From the IMG/VR virus record IMGVR_UViG_3300010885_018971, positions 26,796 through 90,795 of that record: DNA of 64,000 nt. One strand, given 5' to 3'. Origin of the DNA: a virus. Shown here one piece after another: positions 1 through 8,871 of the stretch. The notes beneath the pieces are model-generated. The model was not told the origin of the DNA and did no database searches. It saw only the letters and a list, made by a program, of their open reading frames with translations. Every line of letters starts with the position of its first letter. Within the stretch, counting starts at the first letter, position 1. The position numbers and the translations under genes were made by a program.

Positions 1-67
1 GTTTCATTTTCACTGCTCGCCTAAAATGTCCCGCAGTATTTTTTTACTTCAAAAAGGTTGCTAAGGT

Positions 68-289
68 ATGAATTCCATTGAGATTACCATTTCCCGAGGT
101 TTGGACATTAATCTTATCCTACAGCAGATTGTTGATTGGGGTTTAACCCTAGATAATCTTACCATTTGTCGTAGGGACTCCTACATGATTGATCTTGGTA
201 TTTCTTCCAAGTATAACTTTGATCTTTGTTTGTTTGAGGAATTTCTTCAAGAGTTGGAATATGAGCATGATATGAAAGAATTAGCATGA
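68..289 (+). CDS. hypothetical protein
   Basis: 73 aa ORF, AAGG upstream, ATGA overlap with next small ORF. Confidence 0.55.
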   Translation: MNSIEITISRGLDINLILQQIVDWGLTLDNLTICRRDSYMIDLGISSKYNFDLCLFEEFLQELEYEHDMKELA

Positions 290-387
290 GTCTAGATAGA
301 ATTGCTGGTTTTGCATTTGTAGTGGCATTGGCTGTGTTTGTACACTGGTTCTTTGCGCTATGCTTTTTTATAATCTTTCTATGGTGA
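286..387 (+). CDS. small hydrophobic membrane peptide (33 aa, MSLDRIAGFAFVVALAVFVHWFFALCFFIIFLW)
   Basis: manual translation; fills the gap between 289 and 392; ATGA-coupled to the upstream stop. Confidence 0.5.
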   Translation: MSLDRIAGFAFVVALAVFVHWFFALCFFIIFLW

Positions 388-391
388 TACT

Positions 392-733
392 ATGAGTTTA
401 GATGTTGATTTAATGGTGGTTCAGCCTGTATCGATTTACTCTGGGAATATTACTCACAATCTGGGTAAGATGGCTTCCGAGGTTAAGTTGAGTAATGGTA
501 AGACTTTATATGATGTTCTTTGGCGACCTGATGAGCATGGGTTTAAGACTGGTGAGGATATTGCTGAACTTCTAGATGAAGGGTTTAATATTCTGCTCGC
601 TTCTCCCGAAGAGTATAAGAAATATAACCCAGAGAATGGGTGGGGTTCCTATGATGGATTGGTGGATTTTGTTTATAAGTATCGTAACGCATGCTGGGAT
701 AGTCCAGAGGCAGAATTAAGGGTGAGTCGATGA
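392..733 (+). CDS. hypothetical phage protein
   Basis: 113 aa ORF with NITHNLGKMA and NPENGWGSY motifs; coupled to next gene. Confidence 0.75.
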   Translation: MSLDVDLMVVQPVSIYSGNITHNLGKMASEVKLSNGKTLYDVLWRPDEHGFKTGEDIAELLDEGFNILLASPEEYKKYNPENGWGSYDGLVDFVYKYRNACWDSPEAELRVSR

Positions 734-1038
734 GTTATGCACGATGGTCGAATAGTAGTTGGTATGCCTTCTACAATGTAAATGGTAGATTATCGCTTTG
801 GTATGACATGGATCATACCATTGATTGGGAGTATTCGGAACTGCAGGATATCATGTCCAAGGACTCCGAGAAGATTCCGCTATTCTTCATGGCGGTGTAT
901 AAGTGTACTGAGGAAGATGCTCAAGAAGCCATGGGCTATATTCGTTATTACCTGGAGGAATATGATCCCAAGGATAGTGGAGAGTATAACAAAGAAGTGG
1001 CTGAATTCATAAAGAAATGGGAGAGTGAAGGTGAATAA
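730..1038 (+). CDS. hypothetical phage protein
   Basis: 102 aa, ATGA overlap, GGGTGAG upstream. Confidence 0.7.
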   Translation: MSYARWSNSSWYAFYNVNGRLSLWYDMDHTIDWEYSELQDIMSKDSEKIPLFFMAVYKCTEEDAQEAMGYIRYYLEEYDPKDSGEYNKEVAEFIKKWESEGE

Positions 1039-1276
1039 GATCTGGAAACTAAAGTATGAGAATGGAACTTGGATAGTTCTGTTCCATCCGAACAATGGTG
1101 AGTTTACTAACCTGTCCCCCGAGGATATGGCATCAGTCTTTAGGACCAAACCCTCTGTTGAGGATCTTAGGACTCAGGTATGGGCAGATGACCTTATTGA
1201 GCGATATCTTGATACCAAGGACTTCTCCGATGCAAAATCCCTGTTACAAAAATATCGCTTGCCTTGCAAGGAATAA
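1025..1276 (+). CDS. hypothetical protein
   Basis: 83 aa ORF in tight operon; exact start uncertain. Confidence 0.6.
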   Translation: MKVNKIWKLKYENGTWIVLFHPNNGEFTNLSPEDMASVFRTKPSVEDLRTQVWADDLIERYLDTKDFSDAKSLLQKYRLPCKE

Positions 1277-1287
1277 TGGAGTATAAT
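1259..1287 (+). promoter_or_regulatory. sigma70-type early promoter TTGCCT-N17-TATAAT
   Basis: -35/-10 with 17 bp spacer; same pattern recurs at 3375, 7593, 10954, 11523. Confidence 0.6.
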
Positions 1288-1288
1288 T

Positions 1289-1510
1289 ATGAATGATAAA
1301 GAAATTATTGAAGTGGCACAAAAAGTTGATGATACAATGTATAAACTCATTGAGGAATACGAGATCTCTCCGCTGATCGTTGGAAGCATTGTTCTTGCAC
1401 GATTGATGGTTCTGACTGACATGACTGAAGAAAATAATGATTTTAGAAAGATTCTAAGATCTGCACTGGCCACGCCCAGTAAACCCTTAACTGAAAGGAC
1501 TATACAATGA
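1289..1510 (+). CDS. hypothetical protein
   Basis: 73 aa, GGAG RBS. Confidence 0.7.
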   Translation: MNDKEIIEVAQKVDDTMYKLIEEYEISPLIVGSIVLARLMVLTDMTEENNDFRKILRSALATPSKPLTERTIQ

Positions 1511-2415
1511 AGATCGCTACCTGCTCTGACATTCACTTGGAATTCGGTGAAATCGAATTAAAGAATCCCAGTGATGTTGAAGTATTGATTTTGTCTGGTG
1601 ACATCTGCGTTGCAGCGGATATCTTACCACTCAATGAAAAAGAATTACCAGGTTTTGCCAATGCAAAGTCTGAAATGATCCATGAGTTCTTTCAGAATTG
1701 CTGCAGAGAATTCAAACATGTGATTTATATTGCTGGTAATCATGAGCACTATCATGGTGACTACATCAAGACCATTCCCAAGTTAAAAGAACTTCTGGGA
1801 TATAACGTCAATCTTCATATTCTTGACAAAGAACGTGTTGAGTTCAATAACGTAGTGTTTCTTGGTGGTACTCTCTGGACCGACATGAACAAAGAAGATC
1901 CTAAAACATTAGCTCAGATTCGTGGTATGATGAATGATTTTAGAACTGTTGAAAAGAGTGATGAAGTGGTTCACTACAAGACTCCGATCTATGCCGTTAA
2001 GGAAGACGGTAGCTATGATTATGATAATGTAGTGAGCATGGAATTTCATACTCGCACAGCAAAGTTTTCCCCGCAGGATGCTGTGGTGGATCACAAAGCC
2101 ATGCTTGAGTTTATTGATTCACAATACAAAGATATTCCTCCATGGAAAACGATTGTAGTTGTTGGTCACCATTCTCCCAGCAAAACATCTACACACCCTC
2201 GTTATAGGAAAGAAGAGTTGATGAATGGTGGATACAGTTCTGATCTTGATAATTTTATCCTAGATCGTCCAGGTATCAAACTTTGGACTCATGGACATAC
2301 TCATGAGGATTTTGACTACATGATTGGTAATTGTCGTATTGTTTGTAATCCTCGTGGTTACATTCACTACGAAGATCGTGCTGATCGTTTTGAATTAAAG
2401 GTGGTTGAAGTATGA
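1507..2415 (+). CDS. calcineurin-like metallophosphoesterase
   Basis: DIHLE, SGD, AGNHE, HH and HGHTH motifs. Confidence 0.9.
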   Translation: MKIATCSDIHLEFGEIELKNPSDVEVLILSGDICVAADILPLNEKELPGFANAKSEMIHEFFQNCCREFKHVIYIAGNHEHYHGDYIKTIPKLKELLGYNVNLHILDKERVEFNNVVFLGGTLWTDMNKEDPKTLAQIRGMMNDFRTVEKSDEVVHYKTPIYAVKEDGSYDYDNVVSMEFHTRTAKFSPQDAVVDHKAMLEFIDSQYKDIPPWKTIVVVGHHSPSKTSTHPRYRKEELMNGGYSSDLDNFILDRPGIKLWTHGHTHEDFDYMIGNCRIVCNPRGYIHYEDRADRFELKVVEV

Positions 2416-2588
2416 GTACATATGTAATTACAGTTGAGGAAGATCCAGAGACTGGAGAATTAGTTCTTCCTTTCTCTGACGAAATGCTTGCTGAAGTTGG
2501 TTGGGCAGCTGGCGATATACTTAATTGGGAAATACAAGATGATGGTTCATGGACATTAAGGAAAAAAGATGGAAACGAACCAGTGTGA
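2412..2588 (+). CDS. AbrB/SpoVT-like small DNA-binding protein (58 aa)
   Basis: manual translation MSTYVITVEEDPETGELVLPFSDEMLAEVGWAAGDILNWEIQDDGSWTLRK; LP...L...GW..GD.L.W pattern; ATGA overlap. Confidence 0.7.
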   Translation: MSTYVITVEEDPETGELVLPFSDEMLAEVGWAAGDILNWEIQDDGSWTLRKKDGNEPV

Positions 2589-2706
2589 GTACGCAGACTC
2601 TGCACTTGAGCATTACATGAAGAAGTGCATGCGTTTAGAAGAAGAAAATCGTGAATTGAAAAAACAAATTGAAAAATTACTTTGGATGATAGAGGAGAAA
2701 GATTAA
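2569..2706 (+). CDS. small coiled-coil protein (45 aa)
   Basis: manual translation METNQCEYADSALEHYMKKCMRLEEENRELKKQIEKLLWMIEEKD; AAGGA RBS; TAATG overlap with next gene. Confidence 0.6.
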   Translation: METNQCEYADSALEHYMKKCMRLEEENRELKKQIEKLLWMIEEKD

Positions 2707-3002
2707 TGAGCAAATTTACTTTTATGTGTGAAGACGAACCGATGCCTTTTGCAGATGCAGTAACAACCAAAAGAACATTTGAATTCAGTGCAGTATCGTT
2801 GAATGATATTATTCAAGAATTTGAATACTTCTTGAAGGGTGCTGGCTTCTATATTAATGGAACTCTTGATGTTGTTCCTGAAGAAGAATGCGATTATAAC
2901 CCAGATGCAAATTTAGAATTATATGATGCAATGGACTTACCGCAAACAATCCACAGTCATCATTATTATGATACAGAACGTAACAAACCAATAAAGGCTT
3001 AA
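2706..3002 (+). CDS. hypothetical protein
   Basis: in-frame start MSKFTF after AGGAG RBS. Confidence 0.7.
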   Translation: MSKFTFMCEDEPMPFADAVTTKRTFEFSAVSLNDIIQEFEYFLKGAGFYINGTLDVVPEEECDYNPDANLELYDAMDLPQTIHSHHYYDTERNKPIKA

Positions 3003-3003
3003 A

Positions 3004-3378
3004 ATGACAAAAGTATTTACAGACGTAAGCGTATTTCTGAGTGCGTGTGGTCAAGAGGTTCCCTCTAAACCATCTGCACCATCTGAACTATCAACCCTAT
3101 ACATGAAGTTAATTCAAGAAGAGTTTATTGAACTCTTCACTGCAATTAAGAATGATAACAACACTGAACAACTAGATGGATGTTTTGATCTAATTTGGGT
3201 GGTTGTTGGGTACATGAAGGCACGTGGCTGGGATTGCGAAGCTGCATGGGATGAAGGCGCAAGATCTAATCTTGCAAAAATTGACCCTGTTACTGGTAAT
3301 GTTATACGTCGCGAAGATGGTAAGATTCTTAAACCAGAGGGCTGGACACCACCTAACTTTGCGAAATTTGTCGCTTGA
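3004..3378 (+). CDS. MazG-like all-alpha NTP pyrophosphohydrolase (PRA-PH-like)
   Basis: LIQEEFIE, DGCFDLIWV, SNLAK and REDGKILKPEGW motifs. Confidence 0.85.
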   Translation: MTKVFTDVSVFLSACGQEVPSKPSAPSELSTLYMKLIQEEFIELFTAIKNDNNTEQLDGCFDLIWVVVGYMKARGWDCEAAWDEGARSNLAKIDPVTGNVIRREDGKILKPEGWTPPNFAKFVA

Positions 3379-3403
3379 CTTTAATTGATATTTCAGGTAT
3401 AAT
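3375..3403 (+). promoter_or_regulatory. sigma70-type promoter TTGACT-N17-TATAAT
   Basis: near-consensus; followed by TATATT-ATG. Confidence 0.8.
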
Positions 3404-3409
3404 TATATT

Positions 3410-3916
3410 ATGATTATTACACTATTTTTAGATATGGATGGCGTGCTTTGCAACTTTGACAAAGCATACAGTAAACTCACAGAGATTCGTGAGAAAGATC
3501 ATAAGCAATTTCGTAATGCCGTAATGAACTATAAGATTTTTGAAGATCTTGAGTTCATGCCTGATGCGCAAGAATTGCTGAATCACGTCTCCAAACTAAA
3601 TGGTGTTCAAGTTGAAATTCTAACATCCATGGGTACTTTTGAAACTGATATGGGTAATCAAGCAAAACAACAAAAGATGCGTTGGTTGGATTCTAAAAAC
3701 ATTCCATACAAAGCAAACTTTGTTCGTTCAAAACAAGAGAAGGCTATGTACGCTAATCCGTATACAATATTGATTGATGACTCAACTGGTTGCGTTAAGC
3801 CATTTGAAGTTGCTGGTGGTCATGCAATCCTTCATACAAGTTCCAAACAATCCATTAAAGATTTAAACTCAATTATTCCTCAGATCGGTGCTTTGTCTGC
3901 CGTGAGGTTTATATGA
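3410..3916 (+). CDS. HAD-family 5'(3')-deoxyribonucleotidase-like protein
   Basis: LDMDGVL motif I, ILTS motif II, K...ILIDD motifs III/IV. Confidence 0.85.
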   Translation: MIITLFLDMDGVLCNFDKAYSKLTEIREKDHKQFRNAVMNYKIFEDLEFMPDAQELLNHVSKLNGVQVEILTSMGTFETDMGNQAKQQKMRWLDSKNIPYKANFVRSKQEKAMYANPYTILIDDSTGCVKPFEVAGGHAILHTSSKQSIKDLNSIIPQIGALSAVRFI

Positions 3917-4203
3917 ATGATTTATTAAAACCAACATTTGATTGGATACGTGATGACTTTAAATCTAACCGAGTTCGCTTTGTTATTGAGTTGCTTGCTT
4001 GGGCTATCAGTGTGGGTTGCTCGATTACTATGGCAGTCACAGTCCCCAACCCTCCGCTTCTTGCTCTTTATCCCATTTGGATCACTGGTTGTGCTTTGTA
4101 TGCTTGGGCTAGTTGGACTAGGAAATCTTTTGGCATGCTCGCTAACTATCTACTGTTAACTACTATTGATACTGTTGGTTTACTTCGAATGCTATGGATA
4201 TAA
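3913..4203 (+). CDS. small membrane protein (about 3 TM)
   Basis: hydrophobic segments; GAGG RBS. Confidence 0.7.
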   Translation: MNDLLKPTFDWIRDDFKSNRVRFVIELLAWAISVGCSITMAVTVPNPPLLALYPIWITGCALYAWASWTRKSFGMLANYLLLTTIDTVGLLRMLWI

Positions 4204-4667
4204 AATTAGTTGAAATAACTTTGCCAGAAACTTTTGTTAATAGTGTTTTAGCATTACGTGGCGTAGCCAAATCTGTTAAAAGAAGTAACAAAGGTGGCTG
4301 GCATAGTCATCGTTGCAATCGTGAAACCTACTCATGGGCATCAGAAGTTGTAGATGATGTACAAAACTCAGTTGGTATTGACGGAGAAATAACTTACTGG
4401 TATAATATTAATACTGGTAGCGATTACAATGAGTGGCATGATCACGATAGGGGTGATACTGATCAGGTGTGTGGTGTCCTCTATCTTCAAGTTCCTGAAA
4501 ATGCTGGCGACTTTGAATATAAAATTAGAAAAGAAACTTTTCGGATTAAACCATATGCTGGATTATTGTTGTCATTTCCTGATGATTTAAAGCATCGTGT
4601 TTTGCCAAACGATGGTAATGGTGAAAGAGTCTCAATGGCTTTTAATTTTTGGAAAATGTTAAAGTGA
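4194..4667 (+). CDS. putative 2OG-Fe(II) oxygenase (TIGR02466/PF13759-like)
   Basis: SNKGGWHS, WHDH, GVLYL, FP..L.H.V, ERVSMAFN. Confidence 0.8.
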   Translation: MDIKLVEITLPETFVNSVLALRGVAKSVKRSNKGGWHSHRCNRETYSWASEVVDDVQNSVGIDGEITYWYNINTGSDYNEWHDHDRGDTDQVCGVLYLQVPENAGDFEYKIRKETFRIKPYAGLLLSFPDDLKHRVLPNDGNGERVSMAFNFWKMLK

Positions 4668-5275
4668 ATATATTTTATCTACACGAAGATACTACAGAAT
4701 GCGCAAAACAGCATCTTGACAAACATGTCGTTAAGATGATTCTAGAATATGCACAACTTCTTTCTACTGCTCATCGTTTACTAGATGGATATGAGTATGA
4801 AGGTAAGTCTATTTCTGGACGTAAAGCCATGAGATGGAAACTAGATGATTCTCGTGAAGATAATTTATACATGGCATCACACATGAAACACCCATCTGGG
4901 ATTTGGTGTCGTGAAACTTCTGCAAACTATACATGGTTATACTCTTTGTGGAGAGATCTTATGAAAGAATATACATTTCGTTACGGTAAACACCATGTTG
5001 CAGAAAGATTAATTCCTTTCCTTGATAATTTACCAACAAACATAAAATTTGGTGATATCACTCCAATGCCGCAATGTATGCCTGAAGACTACAAAGTCCC
5101 AACAGATTCTATCCAAGCATATCATAACTATTACATCAATGACAAACAACCATTTGCTGTTTGGACGAATAGACCAATTCCAAACTGGTTTGTATCTGCT
5201 TGGCGTATTAAAAACCACAAGGCTATTGCTTTAATTACTGAAAATAAAGTAAAGTTCAAAATGATTCCAGCATAA
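4664..5275 (+). CDS. pyrimidine-dimer DNA glycosylase (DenV)-like protein
   Basis: GTG start, NIFYL...DKHVVKMILEYAQLLSTAH, HP..IW, EY..RYGK.H, PQCMP. Confidence 0.75.
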   Translation: MNIFYLHEDTTECAKQHLDKHVVKMILEYAQLLSTAHRLLDGYEYEGKSISGRKAMRWKLDDSREDNLYMASHMKHPSGIWCRETSANYTWLYSLWRDLMKEYTFRYGKHHVAERLIPFLDNLPTNIKFGDITPMPQCMPEDYKVPTDSIQAYHNYYINDKQPFAVWTNRPIPNWFVSAWRIKNHKAIALITENKVKFKMIPA

Positions 5276-5283
5276 TGATCTAG

Positions 5284-5290
5284 CTAAATA
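5284..5290 (+). promoter_or_regulatory. T4-type late promoter (CTAAATA)
   Basis: (C/A)TAAATA recurs just upstream of genes at 9049, 20752, 28736, 36899, 43661, 53035, 56469, 57615, 60563, 61120 and on the minus strand at 20255 and 20730; gp33 is present. Confidence 0.6.
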
Positions 5291-5307
5291 GAAAAGAAGG
5301 AGTTATT

Positions 5308-5553
5308 ATGCCAACATATTTGTTTAAGAATACCGAAACAGGTGAAGTCTTTGAAAAGGTTATGAAAATAGCCGAATTTGATTCATACAAAGAACAAAAC
5401 CCCACCCACGAAAGATACTATGATGGTTTCGCGCCAGCATTTGCGGGAGACCATGTTTCAATTAAAAAGGACACAGGATTTAAGGAGGTGCTACAAAGGG
5501 TACACGAAAAAACACCAGGAAGTCAATTAAATACTTTATCGTCTCAAATCTAA
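5308..5553 (+). CDS. FmdB-like regulatory protein (Cys-less variant)
   Basis: MPTYLF...TGEVFE N-terminus; usual position before phoH. Confidence 0.65.
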   Translation: MPTYLFKNTETGEVFEKVMKIAEFDSYKEQNPTHERYYDGFAPAFAGDHVSIKKDTGFKEVLQRVHEKTPGSQLNTLSSQI

Positions 5554-5564
5554 GGAAACTCTTA

Positions 5565-6332
5565 ATGGCTCGAACAGCAGCAAAACCAAAACCAATAGAT
5601 AATGTACAAGGTGAGCCAAGATTAAAAGCAGTAAACAATACGCTAAAAATAAGAATTGATGATTTAAAAACTTTTGATCCATTGACGGGAAATCAAAAGT
5701 TATTTTTTGATGCGTATAAACGTGGAGATTACTTTGTTGCACTACATGGTGTTGCTGGAACTGGTAAAACATTTTGTGCTTTGTATAAAGCCATTGAAGA
5801 AGTATTGGAGAAATCAAATCCATTCAACAAGATTATCGTAGTTCGATCTGCGGTTCAATCTCGTGAGATCGGTCATCTTCCAGGTGATGTAAATGAGAAG
5901 ATGGAAATTTATGAACAACCATATCGTCAAATCTGTCAGACACTGTTTGATCGTAAAGACGCCTGGGATAGATTAGAAGAACAAGGTCATATTACTTTTA
6001 TTTCTACATCATTCATTCGTGGTATGTCCTTTGACGATGCTATCATTATTGTTGATGAGATGCAGAATTTGACTTATGAGGAGATTGATACCGTTATGAC
6101 TCGTGTCGGTTATCGATCAAAGATTATTTGGTGTGGTGATTATCGCCAGACTGACTTGAATAAAAGAAAGAACGATGTTACTGGAATTTTAAAATTCTTT
6201 GACATTGCTCAACACATGAGCGCATTCACTCGTATTGAGTTTACTGTTGATGATATTGTTAGATCATCTCTTGTGAAAGATTATATCTTGGCAAAACTCA
6301 GATATGAAGACTTCGAGGATAAAAAGAAATGA
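5565..6332 (+). CDS. phoH: PhoH-family ATPase
   Basis: GVAGTGKT Walker A, IGHLPG, RGMSF, IIVDEMQN, GDYRQTD. Confidence 0.95.
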   Translation: MARTAAKPKPIDNVQGEPRLKAVNNTLKIRIDDLKTFDPLTGNQKLFFDAYKRGDYFVALHGVAGTGKTFCALYKAIEEVLEKSNPFNKIIVVRSAVQSREIGHLPGDVNEKMEIYEQPYRQICQTLFDRKDAWDRLEEQGHITFISTSFIRGMSFDDAIIIVDEMQNLTYEEIDTVMTRVGYRSKIIWCGDYRQTDLNKRKNDVTGILKFFDIAQHMSAFTRIEFTVDDIVRSSLVKDYILAKLRYEDFEDKKK

Positions 6333-6949
6333 TAACTGGCGAACAATTCAATCACCTATTCCCACGCAACCCTGATCCAGAGTTGTGGGCAAATTCCATG
6401 GCTGAAGTATTTCCAACTTATGAAATCAATACCCCACGTAGAGTTGCTGCATTCCTTGCTCAGTGTGGCCATGAGTCTGGTGGGTGGACAATATTCCAAG
6501 AAAATCTAAACTACTCTGCGCAGGGTTTGAATAGCATTTTCAAGAAGTACTTTCCAACTATTGAATCGGCACAGCCATATGCTCGTAAACCAGAAATGAT
6601 TGCCAACAAGATCTATGCAAATCGCATGGGTAATGGTGCACCAGAAACTGGTGATGGATGGAAATATCGTGGACGTGGACCAATTCAATTAACTGGTTCT
6701 GCCAACTACAAAGCATTTGCTCAAGAAATGTTTGACGACTGGGAAAATCTTTACAACAATCCAGATTGGGTTACTGAAGATAAGGACTTTGCTTTGATGT
6801 CAGCTATTTGGTTCTGGAATAAAAACAAACTAAATGCTCTTGCTGACATTGAAGATATTAAGACAATGACTAAGCGCATTAATGGTGGTTACCTTGGACT
6901 CGAAGACCGCATTAAACATTATAATGAATGTATCCACTTGTTAGGTTAA
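6329..6949 (+). CDS. GH19 (chitinase-like) endolysin
   Basis: FLAQCGHES, ENLNYS, YRGRGPIQLTG..NY, TKRINGG. Confidence 0.92.
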   Translation: MITGEQFNHLFPRNPDPELWANSMAEVFPTYEINTPRRVAAFLAQCGHESGGWTIFQENLNYSAQGLNSIFKKYFPTIESAQPYARKPEMIANKIYANRMGNGAPETGDGWKYRGRGPIQLTGSANYKAFAQEMFDDWENLYNNPDWVTEDKDFALMSAIWFWNKNKLNALADIEDIKTMTKRINGGYLGLEDRIKHYNECIHLLG

Positions 6950-7603
6950 ATGAAAAACTTTATACACCATGAATTCGATAAACTCCAACGTGAAACCTCT
7001 CCCAATGGTAAAAGAGTTTACAAAACTCCGTCAGGTAGAGCCTATCCTAGCGTCACAACAGTTACAGGACTCCACTCAGCAAAATCAATCGCACAGTGGC
7101 GAGCAAGAGTCGGAGAAGCAGAAGCCAACAGAATCTCAGGTCGCGCAAGTGCACGTGGCACAAGAATCCACAGTCTCTGCGAATCATTCCTCCGCAATGA
7201 AAGATGTGAGCCTGATATCTTCGATAGAGAATTATTTGAAGGAATTTCACCCCACCTTGAAGAAATAGATAATATACATGCGCTTGAAGATCCTCTGTAC
7301 TCAGATCATCTTGAAGTTGCGGGAACTGTTGATTGTATTGCTGAGTTTAGAGGTAAGTTATCGGTTATAGATTTTAAGACTTCTAGTAAAGTAAAAACTC
7401 GTGATAATATTCACAACTACTTTATGCAAACATCTGCATATGCTGTTGCGTTTGAAGAAAGAACTGGTATTCCTGTTGGTAAACTTGTAATTATAATGGG
7501 GATAGATAATGAAGATCCGATAGTGTTTGTTGAGAAACGTGATGATTGGATTGATGGTTTTTGTAAGCTAAGATTAGACTACAAAAATAAATTTGCTTTG
7601 TAA
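6950..7603 (+). CDS. PD-(D/E)XK exonuclease
   Basis: YPSVTTV, RGTRIH, AGTVDCI, IDFKTS, Q..AYA. Confidence 0.88.
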   Translation: MKNFIHHEFDKLQRETSPNGKRVYKTPSGRAYPSVTTVTGLHSAKSIAQWRARVGEAEANRISGRASARGTRIHSLCESFLRNERCEPDIFDRELFEGISPHLEEIDNIHALEDPLYSDHLEVAGTVDCIAEFRGKLSVIDFKTSSKVKTRDNIHNYFMQTSAYAVAFEERTGIPVGKLVIIMGIDNEDPIVFVEKRDDWIDGFCKLRLDYKNKFAL

Positions 7604-7621
7604 ATAAATAAGAGGTATAAT
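7593..7621 (+). promoter_or_regulatory. sigma70-type promoter TTGCTT-N17-TATAAT upstream of tmRNA
   Basis: 17 bp spacer; same TATAATTAT extension as other copies. Confidence 0.65.
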
Positions 7622-7622
7622 T

Positions 7623-7790
7623 ATGTTATGTGATAAAGTTGAGATTGGACCCAGTATTATTATTCTAGACAAAGAGGTGACGTTAAGTTCGTTGCCTGGA
7701 TGGGTAGAAGGTGATATGTTCAAATTGATTATTGGTGCAAATGGAAATGTTACATTTATCAAGGTTACCCAACCTGGAGGTGTAATGTAG
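7623..7790 (+). CDS. small hypothetical protein (55 aa)
   Basis: manual translation MLCDKVEIGPSIIILDKEVTLSSLPGWVEGDMFKLIIGANGNVTFIKVTQPGGVM; AGAGG RBS. Confidence 0.55.
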   Translation: MLCDKVEIGPSIIILDKEVTLSSLPGWVEGDMFKLIIGANGNVTFIKVTQPGGVM

Positions 7791-8053
7791 TATTGCTGTA
7801 TGAAATGATGTAAAAGGTGTTCTGGACGGGAGTTCGATTCTCCCCACCTCCACCAAAATTCATTATTGTGTAGTAGTGAGTTTTGGTGGGGGTGACTAGG
7901 TTTCGACAGGGCAATAAGTAACTGAGTGGACAGCACGAGACAGATACTCGTAAAAAGTAAATAAAGTAAACGCAAACGACTCACAGTTCGCATTGGCAGC
8001 CTAAACGCTGACTAGGGTTTCGGTAGGTTTCCTCGTAACAGAATAACCTACCA
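7791..8053 (+). ncRNA. ssrA: circularly permuted (two-piece) tmRNA
   Basis: acceptor piece ends in T-arm GGGAGTTCGATTCTCCC plus CACCTCC-A-CCA (7855); 32 nt intervening hairpin; coding piece starts GGGGGTGACTAGGTTTCGAC (7888) with G3-U alanine wobble; tag 7972-8004 encodes ANDSQFALAA*; outer ends approximate. Confidence 0.92.
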
Positions 8054-8172
8054 CTGTTAGTTAGTCTATGCTTGATGCCAGCAACCGATACCTTAGTATC
8101 TCGTACTGAACACATTGCGACGAATCTGACAAGTTGATAGTATTTTTTAAAACTTTTTCTAAGGAAATTCAA

Positions 8173-8355
8173 ATGAAAACATTGATCGCTACAATTTTGT
8201 CCGCATTCGCATTAACATCTTTCGCTGCTGACGCACCTAAACCTGCTCCAGCTGCACCTGCTGCTGCACCTTCTGCTCCAGCTGCACCAGCAGCTAAAAA
8301 AGTAGAAGAGAAGAAAGTGGAAGCTAAGAAAGAAGAAAAGAAAGCATCTAAGTAA
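8173..8355 (+). CDS. secreted Ala/Pro/Lys-rich small protein
   Basis: AAGGA RBS; signal peptide MKTLIATILSAFALTSFA; low-complexity mature part. Confidence 0.75.
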   Translation: MKTLIATILSAFALTSFAADAPKPAPAAPAAAPSAPAAPAAKKVEEKKVEAKKEEKKASK

Positions 8356-8871
8356 ATGAGATGTGCCGTACTCTGTAATGGACCAAGTCGTAGTCTTTAC
8401 GTACCATCTACAGAGTACGGATTTGTCATGGGTTGTAATATACCATGGACTACAGTTGATGCAACTATAGTTCTTGATGAAGAGGTAGTTAGGTTGTGGG
8501 CAAAGAAACCAGATCTAATTACAGTTCCAACATATTTTTCAGTTAAAGCATGGCAAGAAACTGATGCAATAAAGAAACGTGATTTCTTTAGACCATTTTT
8601 AGTTAAAACAATAACTCCAAAATATCCATATCATTCTAGTGGACATAATGCTGTTGAACAGGTTATTACCAAAGGTTATACGAACATAGATATATTTGGA
8701 TGTGATTCTTGGTTTAGTAAAGTAGGAAGATCTTATACAAGAACGCATATTAAAGAAGGTGGAATCGTTGATGGAGATATGAGACATATCGAAGGATGGC
8801 GCACCCGATGGAAAGAAATAATGGACAAACATTCAGAAGTAACATTAAATTTTATAGGGGAAACTAAATGA
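8356..8871 (+). CDS. GT29/MptE(DUF115)-like Rossmann-fold protein
   Basis: AVLCNGPS, GCN, SSG..A, G...I.IFGCD pattern. Confidence 0.55.
   Translation: MRCAVLCNGPSRSLYVPSTEYGFVMGCNIPWTTVDATIVLDEEVVRLWAKKPDLITVPTYFSVKAWQETDAIKKRDFFRPFLVKTITPKYPYHSSGHNAVEQVITKGYTNIDIFGCDSWFSKVGRSYTRTHIKEGGIVDGDMRHIEGWRTRWKEIMDKHSEVTLNFIGETK

Noticed and set aside
6950-7603. Cas4-like nuclease implying a CRISPR system
   Set aside because: No repeat-spacer array or other cas genes seen; this is a common T4-like exonuclease next to phoH
7826-7855. tRNA gene suggested by T-arm and CCA
   Set aside because: No anticodon arm upstream; the matching 5' acceptor strand lies downstream, which fits a permuted tmRNA
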